From the NCBI RefSeq assembly GCF_009914755.1, contig NC_060945.1: a DNA stretch of 64,000 nucleotides. The stretch is one strand, 5' to 3'. The DNA comes from the human T2T-CHM13v2.0 reference genome, Homo sapiens. Shown in pieces: positions 15,001 to 31,847 of the stretch (its first letter is position 1; each line of letters starts with the position of its first letter). The notes beneath the pieces were generated by a model. It did not search any database. It saw nothing but the letters and a program-made list of their open reading frames with translations, and had not been told where the DNA came from. Both the position numbers and the translations under genes were made by a program.

Positions 15001-18000
15001 TATATACTGTACATAAAATATCAAAGTACCCAAGGTATATATTCTATACTGTACAAAAAATATCAAAGTACCCAAAGCATGTATTATATACTGTACATAA
15101 AATATGAAATTACATCAAATATATATTATATTAGGTACATAAAATATGAAAGCACATCAAATATAGATTATATACTGTACATTAAATTCCAAAGTACCCC
15201 AAATATATATTTTATACTGTACATGAAATATCAAAGTTCACAAACTATATATTATATACTGTACATAAAATATCAAAGTACACAAGGTATATATTCTATA
15301 CTGTACAAAAAATATCAAAGTACCCAAAGCATGTATTATAAACTGTACATAAAATATGAAAGTACATCAAATATATATTTTATTCTGTACATAAAATATC
15401 AAAGTACACCAGATATATATTCCATAGTGTACATAAAATATCAAAATACCCAAACTATACATTATATACTGTACATAAAATATGAAATTACATCAAATAT
15501 ATATTATATTAGGTACATAAAATATGAAAGTACATCAAATATAGATTATATACTGTACATTAAATACCAAAGTACCCCAAATATATATTTTATACTGTAA
15601 ATGAAATATCAAAGTTCACAAACTATATATTATATACTGTACATAAAATATCAAAGTACCCAAGGTATATATTCTATACTGTAGAAAAAATATCAAAGTA
15701 CCCAAAGCATGTATTATATACTGTACATAAAATATGAAAGTACATCAAATATATATTTTATTCTGTACATAAAATATCAAAGTACACCAGATATATATTC
15801 TATAGTGTACATAAAATATCAAAGTACCCAAACTATACATTATATACTTTACATAAAATATGAAATTTCATCAAATATATATTATATTAGGTACATAAAA
15901 TATGAAAGTACATCAAATATAGATTATATACTGTACATTATATACCAAAGTACCCCAAATATATATTATATACTCTACATGAAATATTAAAGTTCTCACA
16001 CTATATATTATATACTGTACATAAAATATCAAAGTACCCAAGGTGTATATTCTATACTGTACAAAAAATATCAAAGTACCCAAAGCATGTATTATATACT
16101 GTATATAAAATATGAAAGTACATCAAATATATATTTTATTCTGTACATAAAATATCAAAGAACACCAGATATATATTCTATAGTGTACATAAAATAACAA
16201 AGTACACAAACTATAAATTATATACTGTACATAAAATATGAAATTACATCAAATATATATTAGGTACCTAAAATATGAAAGTACATCAAATATAGATTAT
16301 ATACTGTACATAAAATATCAATGTACCCCAAATATATATTTTATACTCGACATGAAATATCAAAGTTCACAAAGCATATATTATATACTGTACATAAAAT
16401 ATCAAAGTACCCAAGGTATATATTCTATACTGTAGAAAAAATATCAAAGTACCCAAAGCATGTATTATATACTGTACATAAAATATGAAAGTACATCAAA
16501 TATATATTTTATTCTGTACATAAAATATCAAAGTACACCAGATATATATTCTATAGTGTACATAAAATATCAAAGTACCCAAACTATACATTATATACTG
16601 TACATAAAATATGAAATTACATCAAATATATATTAGGTACATAAAATATGAAAGTACATCAAATATAGATTATATACTGTACATAAAATATCAATGTACA
16701 ACAAATATATATTTTATACTCTACATGAAATATCAAAGTTCACAAACTATATATTATATAATGTACATAAAATATCAAAGTACCCAAGGTATATATTCTA
16801 TACTGTACAAAAAATATCAAAGTACCGAAAGCATGTATTATATACTGTACATAAAATATGAAAGTACATCAAATATATATTTTATTCTGTACATAAAATA
16901 TCAAAGTACACCAGATATATATTCTATAGTGTACATAAAATATCAAAGTACCCAAACTATACATTATATACTGTACATAAAATATGAAATTACATCAAAT
17001 ATATATTATATTAGGTACATAAAACATGAAAGTACATCAAATATAGATTATATACTGTACATTAAATACCAAAGTACCCCAAATATATATTTTATACTGT
17101 ACATGAAATATCAAAGTTCACAAACTATATATTATATACTGTACATAAAATATCAAAGTACCCAAGGTATATATTCTATACTGTACAAAAAATAACAAAG
17201 TACCCAAAGCATGTATTATAAACTGTACATAAAATATGAAAGTACATCAAATATATATTTTATTCTGTACATAAAATATCAAAGTACACCAGATATATAT
17301 TCTATAGTGTACATAAAATATCAAAGTACCCAAAGTATACATTATATACTGTACATAAAATATGAAATTACATCAAATATATATTATATTAGGTACATAA
17401 AATATGAAAGTACATCAAATATAGATTATATACTGTACATTAAATACCAAAGTACCCCAAATATATATTTTATACTGTACATGAAATATCAAAGTTCACA
17501 CACTATATATTATATACTGTACATAAAATATCAAGGTACCCAAGTTATATATTCTATACTGTACAAAAAATATCAAAGTACCCAACACATGTATTATAAA
17601 CTGTACATAAAATATGAAAGTACATCAAATATATATTTTATTCTGTACATAAAATATCAAAGTACTCCAGATATATATTCTATAGTGTACATAAAATATC
17701 AAAGTACCCAAACTATACATTATATACTGTACATGAAATATGAAATTACATCAAATATATATTATATTAGGAACATAAAATATGAAAGTACATCAAATAT
17801 AGATTATACACTGTACATAAAATATCAAAGTACCCCAAATATATATTTTATACTGTACATGAAATATCAAAGTTCACAAACCATATATTATATACTGTAC
17901 ATAAAATATCAAAGTACCCAAGGTATATATTCTATACTATACAAAAAATATCAAAGTACCCAAAGCATCTATTATATACTGTACATAAAATATGAAAGTA

Positions 18001-18480
18001 CATCAAATATATATTTTATTCTGTACATAAAATATCAAAGTACACCAGATATATATTCTATAGTGTACATAAAATATCAAAGTACCCAAACTATACATTA
18101 TATACTGTACATAAAATATGAAATTACATCAAATATATATTAGGTACATAAAATATGAAAGTACATCAAATATAGATTATATACTGTACATAAAATATCA
18201 AAGTACCCCAAATATATATTATATACCCTACATGAAATATCAAAGTTCACAAACTATATATTATATACTGTACATAAAATATCAAAGTACCCAAGGTATA
18301 TATTCTATACTGTACAAAAAATATCAAAGTACCCAAAGCATGTATTATATACTGTACATAAAATATGAAAGTACATCAAATATATATTTTATTCTGTACA
18401 TAAAATATCAAAGTACACCAGATATATATTCTATAGTGTACATAAAATAACAAAGTACACAAACTATACATTATATACTG
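1..18480 (+). repeat. Left flank domain: mixed 378/373-bp HSat1A units
   Basis: Short-m9 units at about 10, 750, 1125, 1875, 2250, 2620, 3160, 3870, 4620, 4995, 5745, 6120, 6865, 7990, 9120, 9870, 10620, 11370, 12500, 12870, 14130, 14500, 14875, 16255, 16630 and 18135 are interspersed with full-length units. Confidence 0.85.
5757..6129 (+). repeat. Example of the 373-bp HOR variant (5-bp deletion in monomer 9)
   Basis: m9 reads aaatatatattaggt instead of aaatatatattatattaggt, and the junctions at 5757 and 6130 are 373 bp apart. This frameshift generates the recurrent 'MKLHQIYIR' ORFs. Confidence 0.95.
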
Positions 18481-21250
18481 TACATAAAATATGAAATTAC
18501 ATCAAATATATATTATATTAGGTACATAAAATATGAAAGTACATCAAATAGAGATTATATACTGTACATAAAATATGAAAGTACCCAAATATATATTATA
18601 TACTATACATGAAATATCAAAGTTCACAAACTATATATTATATACTGTATATAAAATATCAATGTACCCCAGTTATATATTCTACACTGTAAAAAAAACA
18701 AAGTACCCAAAGCATGTATAATATACTGTATATAAAATATGAAAGTACATCAAATATATATTTTATTCTGTACATAAAATTTCAAAGTACACCAAATATA
18801 TATTCTATACTGTACATAAAATATCAAAGTTCCCAAACTATACATTATATACTGTACATAAAATATGAAATTACATCAAACCTATATTATATTAGGTACA
18901 TAAATTATGAAAGTACATCAAATATAGATTATATACTGTACATAAAATACCAAAGTACCCCAAATATATATTTTATACTGTACATGAAATATCAAAGTTC
19001 ACAAACTATATATTATATACTGTACATAAAATATCAAAGTACCCAAGGTATATATTCTATACTGTACAAAAAATATCAAAGTACCCAAAGCATGTATTAT
19101 ATGCAGTACATAAAATATGAAGGTACATCAAATATATATTTTATTCTGTACATAAAATATTAAAGTACACCAATATATATTCTATACTGTACATAAAATA
19201 TCAAAGTACCCAAACTATACATTACATACTGTATATAAAATATGAAATTACATCAAATATATATTATATTAGGTACATAAAATATGAAAGTACATCAAAT
19301 ATAGATTATATAGTGTACATAAAATATCAAAGTACCCAAGTATATATTATATACTGTACATGAAATATCAAAGTTCACACACTATATATTATATACTGTA
19401 CATAAAATATCAATGTACCCAAGGTATATATTCTATACTGTACAAAAAATATCAAAGTACCCAAAGCATGTATTATATACTGTACATAAAATATGAAAGT
19501 ACATCAAATATATATTTTATTCTGTACATACAATATCAAAGTACACCAAATATATATTCTATACTGTACATAAAATATCAAAGTACCCAAACTATACATT
19601 ATATACTGTACATAAAATATGAAATTGCATCAAATATATATTATATTAGGTACATAAAATATGAAAGTACATCAAATATAGATTATATGCTGTACATAAA
19701 ATAAAAAAGTACCCAAATATATATTATATACTGTACATGAAATACCAAAGTTCACAAACTATATATTATATACTGTACATAAAATATCAATGTACCCAAG
19801 GTATATATTCTATACTGTACAAATAATATCAAAGTACCCAAAGCATGTATTATATACTGTACATAAAATATGAAAGTACATCAAATATATATTTTATTCT
19901 GTACACAAAATGTCAAAGTACACCAAATATATATTGTATAGTGTACATAAAATATCAAAGTTCCCAAGATATACATTATATACTGTACATAAAATATGAA
20001 ATTACAATAAACATATATTATAATAGTTACATAAATTATGAAAGTACATCAAATATAGATTATATACTGCACATAAAATACCAAAGTACCCCAAATATAT
20101 ATTTTATACTGTACATGAAATATCAAAGTTCAAAAACTATATATCATATACCGTACATAAAATATCAGTGTACCCAAGGTAGATATTCTATACTGTACAA
20201 AAAATATCAAAGTACCCAAAGCATGTATTATATGCTGTACATAAAATATGAAAGTAAATCAAATATATATTTTATTCTGTACATAAAGTATCAAAGTACA
20301 CCAAATATACATTCTATACTGTTCATAAAATATCAAAGTACCCAAACTATACATTATATACTGTACATAAAATATGAAATTACATCAAATATATATTATA
20401 TTAGGTACATAAAATATGAAAGTACATCAAATATAGATTATATACTGTACATAAAATATCAAAGTACCCAAATATATATTATATACTGTACATGAAACAT
20501 CAAAGTTCACAAACTATATATTATATTCTGTACATAAAATATCAGTGTACCCAAGGTATATATTCTATACTGTAAAAAAAAATCAAAGTACCCAAAGTAT
20601 GAATTATATACTGTACATAAAATATGAAAGTACATCAAATATATATTTTATTCTGTACATAAAATATCAAAGTACACCAAACATATATTCTATACTGTAC
20701 ATAAAATATCAAAATACCCAAACTGTACATTATATACTGTACATAAAAGATGAAATTACATCAAAAATATATTATATTAGGTACATAAAATATGAAAGTA
20801 CATCAAATATAGATTGTAAACTTTACATAAAATATCAAAGTACCCCAAATATATATTATATACTCTACATGAAATATCAAAGTTCACAAACTATATATTA
20901 TATACTGTTCATAAAATATCAATGTACCCAAGGTATACATTCTATACTGTACAAAAAATATCAAAGTACCCAAAGCATGTATTACATACTGTACATAAAA
21001 TATGAAAGTACATCAAATACATATTTTATTCTGTACTTAAAATATCAAAGTACACCAAATATGTATTCTATAGTGTACATAAAATATCAAATTACCCAAA
21101 CTATACATTACATACTGTACATAAAATATGAAATTACATCAAATATCTATTATATTAGGTACGTAAAATATAAAAGTCCATCAAATATAGATTATATACT
21201 GTACATAATATACCTAAGTACACCAAATATATATTTTATACTCTACATGA
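18480..21250 (+). repeat. Diverged HSat1A block lacking the 373-bp variant
   Basis: m7 reads caccaaat..ttctatactg (not caccagat..ttctatagtg), m4 is often caatgtaccc/cagtgtaccc, and m2 has 1-bp deletions (about 18585, 19335, 19712, 20466). Many private substitutions are present. Confidence 0.75.
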
Positions 21251-24200
21251 AATATCAAAGTTCACAAACCATATATTATATACTGTACATAAAATATCAA
21301 AGTACCCAAGGTATATATTCTATACTGTACAAAAAATATCAAAGTACCCAAAGCATGTATTATATACTGTACAAAAAATATGAAAGTACATCAAATATAT
21401 ATTTTATTCTGTACATAAAATATCAAAGTACACCAGATATATATTCTATAGTGTACATAAAATATCAAACTACCCAAACTATTTATTATATACTGTACAT
21501 AAAATATGAAATTACATCAAATATGTATTATATTAGGTACATAAAATATGAAAGTACATCAAATATAGATTATATACTGTACATGAAATACCAAAGTACC
21601 CCAAATATATATTTTATACGGTACATGAAATATCAAAGTTCACAAACTATATATTATATACTGTATATAAAATATCAAAGTACCCAAGGTATATATTCTA
21701 TACTGTACAAAAAATATCAAAGTACCCAAAGCATGTATTATATACTGTACATAAAATATGAAAGTACATCAAATATATATTTTATTCTGTACAGAAAATA
21801 TCAAAGTACACCAGATATATATTCTATAGTGTACATAAAATATCAAAGTACCCAAACTATACATTATATACTGTACATAAAATATGAAATTACATCAAAT
21901 TTATATTAGGTACATAAAATATGAAAGTACGTCAAATATAGATTATATACTGTACATAAAATATCAAAGTACACCAAATATATATTTTATACTCTACATG
22001 AAATATCAAAGTTCACAAACTATATATTATATACTGTACATAAAATATCCAAGTACGCAAGGTATATATTCTATACTGTACAAAAAATATCAACGTACCC
22101 AAAGCATGTATTATATACTCTATATAAAATATGAAAGTACATCACATATATATTTTATTCTGTACATAAAATATCAAAGTACACCAGATATATATTCTAT
22201 AGTGTACATAAAATAACAAAGTACAAAAACTATAAATTATATGCTGTACATAAAATATGAAATTACATCAAATATATATTAGGTACATAAAATATGAAAG
22301 TACATCAAATATACATTATATACTGTACATAAAATATCAATGTACCCCAAATATATATTTTATACTCTACATGAAATATCAAAGTTCACAAACCATATAT
22401 TATATACTGTACATAAAATATCAAAGTACCCAAGGTATATATTCTATACTGCACAAAAAATATCAAAGTACCCAAAGCATGTATTATATACTGTACATAA
22501 AATATGAAAGTACATCAATTATATTTTATTCTGTACATAAAATATCAAAGTACACCAGATATATATTCTATAGTGTACATAAAATATCAAAGTACCCAAA
22601 CTATACAGTATATACTGTACATAAAATATGAAATTACATGAAATACATATTATATTAGGTACATAAAATATGAAAGCACATCAAATATAGATTATATACT
22701 GTACATTAAATACCAAAGTACCCCAAATATATATTTTATACTGTACATCAAATATCAAAGTTCACAAACTATATATTATATACTGTACATAAAATATCAA
22801 AGTACCCATAGTATATATTCTACACTGTACAAAAAATATCAAAGTACCCAAAGCAAGTATTATATACTGTATATTAAATATGAAAGTACATCACATACAT
22901 ATTTTATTCTGTACATAAAATATCAAAGTACACCAGATATATATTCTATAGTGTACATAAAATAACAAAGTTCAAAAATTATAAATTATATGCTGTACAT
23001 AAAATATGAAATTACATCAAATATATATTAGGTACATAAAATATGAAAGTACATCAAATATAGATTATATACTGTACATAAAATATCAATGTACCCCAAA
23101 TATATATTTTATACTCTACATGAAATATGAAAGTTCACAAACCATATATTATATGCTGTACATAAAATATCAAAGTACCCAAGGTATATATTCTATACTG
23201 TACAAAAAATATCAAAGTACCCAAAGCATGTATTATATACTGTACATAAAATATGAAAGTACATCAAATATATATTTTATTCTGTACATAAAATATCAAA
23301 GTACACCAGATATATATTCTATAGTGTACATAAAATATCAACGTACCCAAACTCTACATTATATACTGTACATAAAATATGAAATTACATCAAATATATA
23401 TTATATTAGGTACATAAAATATGAAAGCACATCAAATATAGATTATATACTGTACTTTAAATACCAAAGTACCCCAAATATATATTTTATACTGTACATC
23501 AAATATCAAAGTTCACAAACTATATATTATATACTGTACATAAAATATCAAAGTACCCATGGTATATATTCTATACTGTACAAAAAATATCAAAGTACCC
23601 AAAGCATGTATTATATACTGTACATAAAATATGAAAGTACATCAAATATATATTTTATTCTGTACATAAAATATCAAAGTACACCAGATATATATTCTAT
23701 AGTGTACATAAAATATCAAAGTACCCAAACTATACATTATATACTGTACATAAAATATGAAATTACATCAAATATATATTATATTAGGTACATAAAATAT
23801 GAAAGTACATCAAATATAGATTATATACTGTACATAAAATATCAAAGTGCCCCAAATATATATTATATACTGTACATGAAATATCAAAGTTCACAAACTA
23901 TATATTATATACTGTAGATAAAATATCAAAGTACCCAAGGTATATATTCTATACTGTAAAAAAATATCAAAGTACCCAAAGCATGTATTATATACTGTAC
24001 ATAAAATATGAAAGTACATCAAATATATATTTTATTCTGTACATAAAATAACAAAGTACACCAGATATATATTTTATAGTGTACATAAAATATGAAATTA
24101 CCCAAACTATACATTACATACTGTACATAAAATATGGAATTACATCAGATATATATTATATTAGGTACGTAAAATATGAAAGTACATCAAATATAGATTA

Positions 24201-27200
24201 TATACCATACATAAAATATAAAGGAATCCCAAATATATATGATATACTGTTCATGAAATATCAAAGTTCACAAACTATATATTATATACTGTAGATAAAA
24301 TATCAAAGTACCCAAGGTATATATTCTATACTGTAAAAAAAAATCAAAGTACCCAAAGCATGTATTATATACTGTACATAAAATATGGAATTACATCAAA
24401 TATATATTATATTAGGTACGTAAAATATGATAGTACAACAAATATAGATTATATACCATACATAAAATATAAAGGAACCCCAAATATATATGATATACTG
24501 TACATGAAATATCAAAGTTCACAAACTATATATTATATACTGTAGATAAAATATCAAAGTACCCAAGGTATATATTCTATACTGTAAAAAAAATATCAAA
24601 GTACCCAAAGCATGTATTATATACTGTACATAAAATATGAAAGCACATCAAATATGTATTATATTAGGTACATAAAATATGAAAGTACATAAAATATAGA
24701 TGATATACTGTACATAAAATATCAAAGTAGCCCAAATATATATTATACAGTGTACATGAAATATCAAAATTTACGAAATATATATTATATAATGTACATA
24801 AAATATCAAAGTACCCAAAGCAAGTATTATATACGGTACATAAAAGATGAAATTACATCAAATATATATTTTATTCTGTACATAAAATATCAAAGTACAC
24901 CAGATATATATTTTATAGTGTACATAAAATATCAAGGTGCCCAAACTATGGATTATATACTGTACATAAAATATGAAATTACATCAAATATATATTATAT
25001 TAGGTACGTAAAATATGAAAGTACGTCAAATATAGATTATATACTGTACATAATATATAAAAGAACCCCAACTATATATTATATACTGTACATGAAATAT
25101 CAAAATACACAAACTATATATTATATACTGTACATAAAATATCAAAGCACCCAAGGTATATATTCTATACTGTACAAAAAATATCAAAGTACCCAAAGCA
25201 TGTATTATATACTGTACATAAAATATGAAAGTACATCAAATATATATTTTATTCTGTATATAAAATAACAAAGTACACCAGATATATATTTTATAGTGTA
25301 CATAAAATATCAAAGTACCCAAACTATACATTACATACTGTACATAAAATATGGAATTACATCAAATATATATTATATTAGGTACGTAAAATATGAAAGT
25401 ACATCAAATATAGATTATATACCGTACATAAAATATAAAGGAACCCCAAATATATAGGATATACTGTACATGAAATATCAAAGTTCACAAACTATATATT
25501 ATATACTGTAGATAAAATATCAAAGTACCCAAGGTATATATTCTATACTGTATAAAAAATATCAAAGTACCCAAAGCATGTATTATATACTGTACATAAA
25601 AGATGAAAGTACATCAAATATATATTTTATTCTGTACATAAAATAACAAAGTACACCAGATATATATTTTATAGTGTACATAAAATATGAAATTACCCAA
25701 ACTATACATTACATACTGTACATAAAATATGGAATTACATCAAATATATATTATATTAGGTACGTAAAATATGAAAGTACATCAAATATAGATTATATAC
25801 CATACATAAAATATAAAGGAACCCCAAATATATATGATATACTGTACATGAAATATCAAAGTACCCAAGGTATATATTCTATAATGTAAAAAAAATATCA
25901 AAGCACCCAAAGCATGTATTATATACTGTACATAAAATATGAAAGTACATCAAATATATATTTTATTCTGTACATAAAATATCAAAGTACACCAGATATA
26001 TATTTTATAGTGTACATAAAATATCAAGGTACCCAAACTATACATTATATACTGTACATAAAATATGAAATTACATCAAATATATATTATATTAGGTACG
26101 TAAAATATGAAAGTACATCAAATATAGACTATATACTGTACATAATATATAAAAGAACCCCAAATATATATTATATACTGTACATGATGTATCAAAATAC
26201 ACAAACTATATATTATATACTGTACATAAAATATCAAAGTACCCAAGGTATATATTCTATACTGTACAAAAAATATCAAAGTACCCAAAGCATGTATTAT
26301 ATACTGTACATAAAATATGAAAGTACATCAAATATATATTATATTAGGTACGTAAAATATGAAAGTACATCAAATATAGATTATATACCATACATAAAAT
26401 ATAAAGGAACCCCAAATATATATGATATACTGTACATGAAATTTCAAAGTTCACAAACTATATATTATATACTGTAGATAAAATATCAAAGTACCCAAGG
26501 TATATATTCTATACTGTAAAAAAAATATCAAAGTACCCAAAGCATGTATTATATACTGTACATAAAATAAGAAAGTACATCAAATATATATTTTATTCTG
26601 TACATAAAATAACAAAGTACACCAGATATATATTTTATAGTGTACAAAAAATATGAAATTACCCAAACTATACATTACATACTGTACATAAAATATGGAA
26701 TTACATCTAATATATATTATATTAGGTACGTAAAATATGAAAGTACATCAAATATAGATTATATACCATACATAAAATATAAAGGAACCCCAAATATATA
26801 TGATATACTGTACATGAAATATCAAAGTTCACAAACTATATATTATATACTGTAGATAAAATTTCAAAGTACCCAAGGTATATATTCTATATTGTAAAAA
26901 AAATATCAAAGTACCCAAAGCATGTATTATATACTGTACATAAAATATGAAAGCACATCAAATATATATTATATTAGGTACATAAAATATGAAAGTACAT
27001 AAAATATAGATGATATACTGTACATAAAATATCAAAGTAGCCCAAATATATATTATACAGTGTACATGAAATATCAAAATTTACGAAATATATATTATAT
27101 AATGTACATAAAATATGAAAGTACACAAAGCAAGTATTATATACTGTACATAAAAGATAAAATTACATCAAATATATATTTTATTCTGTACATAAAATAT

Positions 27201-28403
27201 CAAAGTACACCAGATATATATTTTATAGTGTACATAAAATATCAAGGTACCCAAACTATACATTATATACTGTACATAAAATATGAAATTACATCAAATA
27301 TATATTATATTAGGTACGTAAAATATGAAAGTACATCAAATATAGATTATATACTGTACATAATATATAAAAGAACCCCAACTATATATTATATACTGTA
27401 CATGAAATATCAAAATACACAAACTATATATTATATACTGTACATAAAATATCAAAGCACCCAAGGTATATATTCTATACTATACAAAAAATATCAAAGT
27501 ACCCAAAGCATGTATTATATACTGAACATAAAATATGAAAGTACATCAAATATATATTTTATTCTGTATATAAAATAACAAAGTACACCAGATATATATT
27601 TTATAGTGTACATAAAATATCAAAGTACCCAAACTATACATTACATACTGTACATAAAATATGGAATTACATCAAATATATATTATATTAGGTACGTAAA
27701 ATATGAAAGTACATCAAATATAGATTATATACCATACATAAAATATAAAGGAACCCCAAATATATAGGATATACTGTACATGAAATATCAAAGTTCACAA
27801 ACTATATATTATATACTGTAGATAAAATATCAAAGTACCCAAGGTATATATTCTATACTGTATAAAAAATATCAAAGTACCCAAAGCATGTATTATATAC
27901 TGTACATAAAAGATGAAAGTACATCAAATATATATTTTATTCTGTACATAAAATAACAAAGTACACCAGATATATATTTTATAGTGTACATAAAATATGA
28001 AATTACCCAAACTATACATTACATACTGTACATAAAATATGGAATTACATCAAATATATATTATATTAGGTACGTAAAATATGAAAGTACATCAAATATA
28101 GATTATATACCATACATAAAATATAAAGGAACCCCAAATATATATGATATACTGTACATGAAATATCAAAGTTCACAAACTATATATTATATACTGTAGA
28201 TAAAATATCAAAGTACCCAAGGTATATATTCTATACTGTAAAAAAAATATCAAAGCACCCAAAGCATGTATTATATACTGTACATAAAATATGAAAGCAC
28301 ATCAAATATATATTATATTAGGTACATAAAATATGAAAGTACATAAAATATAGATGATATACTGTACATAAAATATCAAAGTAGCCCAAATATATATTAT
28401 ACA

Positions 28404-29747
28404 GTGTACATGAAATATCAAAATTTACAAAATATATATTATATAATGTACATAAAATATCAAAGTACCCAAAGCAAGTATTATATACTGTACATAAAAG
28501 ATGAAAGTACATCAAATATAAATTTTATTCTGTACATAAAATATCAAAGTACACCAGATATATATTTTATAGTGTACATAAAATATCAAGGTACCCAAAC
28601 TATACATTATATACTGTACATAAAATATGAAATTACATCAAATATATATTATATTAGGTAAGTAAAATATGAAAGTACATCAAATATAGATTATATACTG
28701 TACATAATATATAAAAGAACCCCAACTATATATTATATACTGTACATGAAATATCAAAATACACAAACTATATATTATATACTGTACATAAAATATCAAA
28801 GTACCCAAGGTATATATTCTATACTGTACAAAAAATATCAAAGTACCCAAAGCATGTATTATATACTGTACATAAAATATGAAAGTACATCAAATATATA
28901 TTTTATTCTGTACATAAAATAACAAAGTACACCAGATATATATTTTATAGTGTACATAAAATATGAAATTACCCAAACTATACATTACATACTGTACATA
29001 AAATATGGAATTACATCAAATATATATTATATTAGGTACGTAAAATATGAAAGTACATCAAATATAGATTATATACCATACATAAAATATAAAGGAACCC
29101 CAAATATATATGATATACTGTACATGAAATATCAAAGTTCACAAACTATATATTATATACTGTAGATAAAATATCAAAGTACCCAAGGTATATATTCTAT
29201 ACTGTAAAAAAAATAACAAAGTACCCAAAGCATGTATTATATACTGTACATAAAATATGCAAGTACATCAAATATATATTTTATTCTGTACATAAAATAA
29301 CAAAGTACACCAAATATATATTTTATAGTGTACATAAAATATGAAATTACCCAAACTATACATTACATACTGTACATAAAATATGGAATTACATCAAAGA
29401 TATATTATATTAGGTACGTAAAATATGATAGTACAACAAATATAGATTATATACCATACATAAAATATAAAGGAACCCCAAATATATATGATATACTGTA
29501 CATGAAATATCAAAGTTCACAAACTATATATTATATACTGTAGATAAAATATCAAAGTACCCAAGGTATATATTCTATACTGTAAAAAAAATATCAAAGT
29601 ACCCAAAGCATGTATTATATACTGTACATAAAATATGAAAGCACATCAAATATATATTATATTAGGTACATAAAATATGAAAGTACATAAAATATAGATG
29701 ATATACTGTACATAAAATATCAAAGTAGCCCAAATATATATTATACA
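28404..29747 (+). repeat. One complete 1344-bp (32-monomer) HOR unit (23-mer + one 9-mer)
   Basis: Marker positions 28404 and 29748 are 1344 bp = 966 + 378 apart. The private variant ggtaagtaaa recurs at about 28657 and 30001. Confidence 0.9.
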
Positions 29748-31847
29748 GTGTACATGAAATATCAAAATTTACGAAATATATATTATATAATGTACATAAA
29801 ATATCAAAGTACCCAAAGCAAGTATTATATACTGTACATAAAAGATGAAATTACATCAAATATATATTTTATTCTGTACATAAAATATCAAAGTACACCA
29901 GATATATATTTTATAGTGTACAAAAAATATCAAGGTACCCAAACTATACATTATATACTGTACATAAAATATGAAATTACATCAAATATATATTATATTA
30001 GGTAAGTAAAATATGAAAGTACATCAAATATAGATTATATACTGTACATAATATATAAAAGAACCCCAACTATATATTATATACTGTACATGAAATATCA
30101 AAATACACAAACTATATATTATATACTGGACATAAAATATCAAAGTACCCAAGGTATATATTCTATACTGTACAAAAAATATCAAAGTACCCAAAGCATG
30201 TATTATATACTGTACATAAAATATGAAAGTACATCAAATATATATTTTATTCTGTACATAAAATAACAAAGTACACCAGATATATATTTTATAGTGTACA
30301 TAAAATATGAAATTACCCAAACTATACATTACATACTGTACATAAAATATGGAATTACATCAAATATATATTATATTAGGTACGTAAAATATGAAAGTAC
30401 ATCAAATATAGATTATATACCATACATAAAATCTAAAGGAACCCCAAATATATATGTTATACTGTACATGAAATTTCAAAGTTCACAAACTATATATTAT
30501 ATACTGTAGATAAAATATCAAAGTACCCAAGGTATATATTCTATACTGTAAAAAAAATATCAAAGTACCCAAAGCATGTATTATATACTGTACATAAAAT
30601 ATGAAAGTACATCAAATATATATTTTATTCTGTACATAAAATAACAAAGTACACCAGATATATATTTTATAGTGTACATAAAATATGAAATTACCCAAAC
30701 TATACATTACATACTGTACATAAAATATGGAATTACATCTAATATATATTATATTAGGTACGTAAAATATGAAAGTACATCAAATATAGATTATATACCA
30801 TACATAAAATATAAAGGAACCCCAAATATATATGATATACTGTACATGAAATATCAAAGTTCACAAACTATATATTATATACTGTAGATAAAATATAAAA
30901 GTACCCAAGGTATATATTCTATACTGTAAAAAAAATAACAAAGTACCCAAAGCATGTATTATATACTGTACATAAGATATGCAAGTACATCAAATATATA
31001 TTTTATTCTGTACATAAAATAACAAAGTACACCAGATATATATTTTATAGTGTACATAAAATATGAAATTACCCAAACTATACATTACATACTGTACATA
31101 AAATATGGAATTACATCAAATATATATTATATTAGGTACGTAAAATATGAAAGTACATCAAATATAGATTATATACCATACATAAAATCTAAAGGAACCC
31201 CAAATATATATGATATACTGTACATGAAATTTCAAAGTTCACAAACTATATATTATATACTGTAGATAAAATATCAAAGTACCCAAGGTATATATTCTAT
31301 ACTGTAAAAAAAATATCAAAGTACCCAAAGCATGTATTATATACTGTACATAAAATATGAAAGTACATCAAATATATATTTTATTCTGTACATAAAATAA
31401 CAAAGTACACCAGATATATATTTTATAGTGTACATAAAATATGAAATTACCCAAACTATACATTACATACTGTACATAAAATATGGAATTACATCTAATA
31501 TATATTATATTAGGTACGTAAAATATGAAAGTACATCAAATATAGATTATATACCATACATAAAATATAAAGGAAACCCAAATATATATGATATACTGTA
31601 CATGAAATATCAAAGTTCACAAACTATATATTATATACTGTAGATAAAATATCAAAGTACCCAAGGTATATATTCTATACTGTAAAAAAAATATCAAAGT
31701 ACCCAAAGCATGTATTATATACTGTACATAAAATATGAAAGCACATCAAATATATATTATATTAGGTACATAAAATATGAAAGTACATAAAATATAGATG
31801 ATATACTGTACATAAAATATCAAAGTAGCCCAAATATATATTATACA

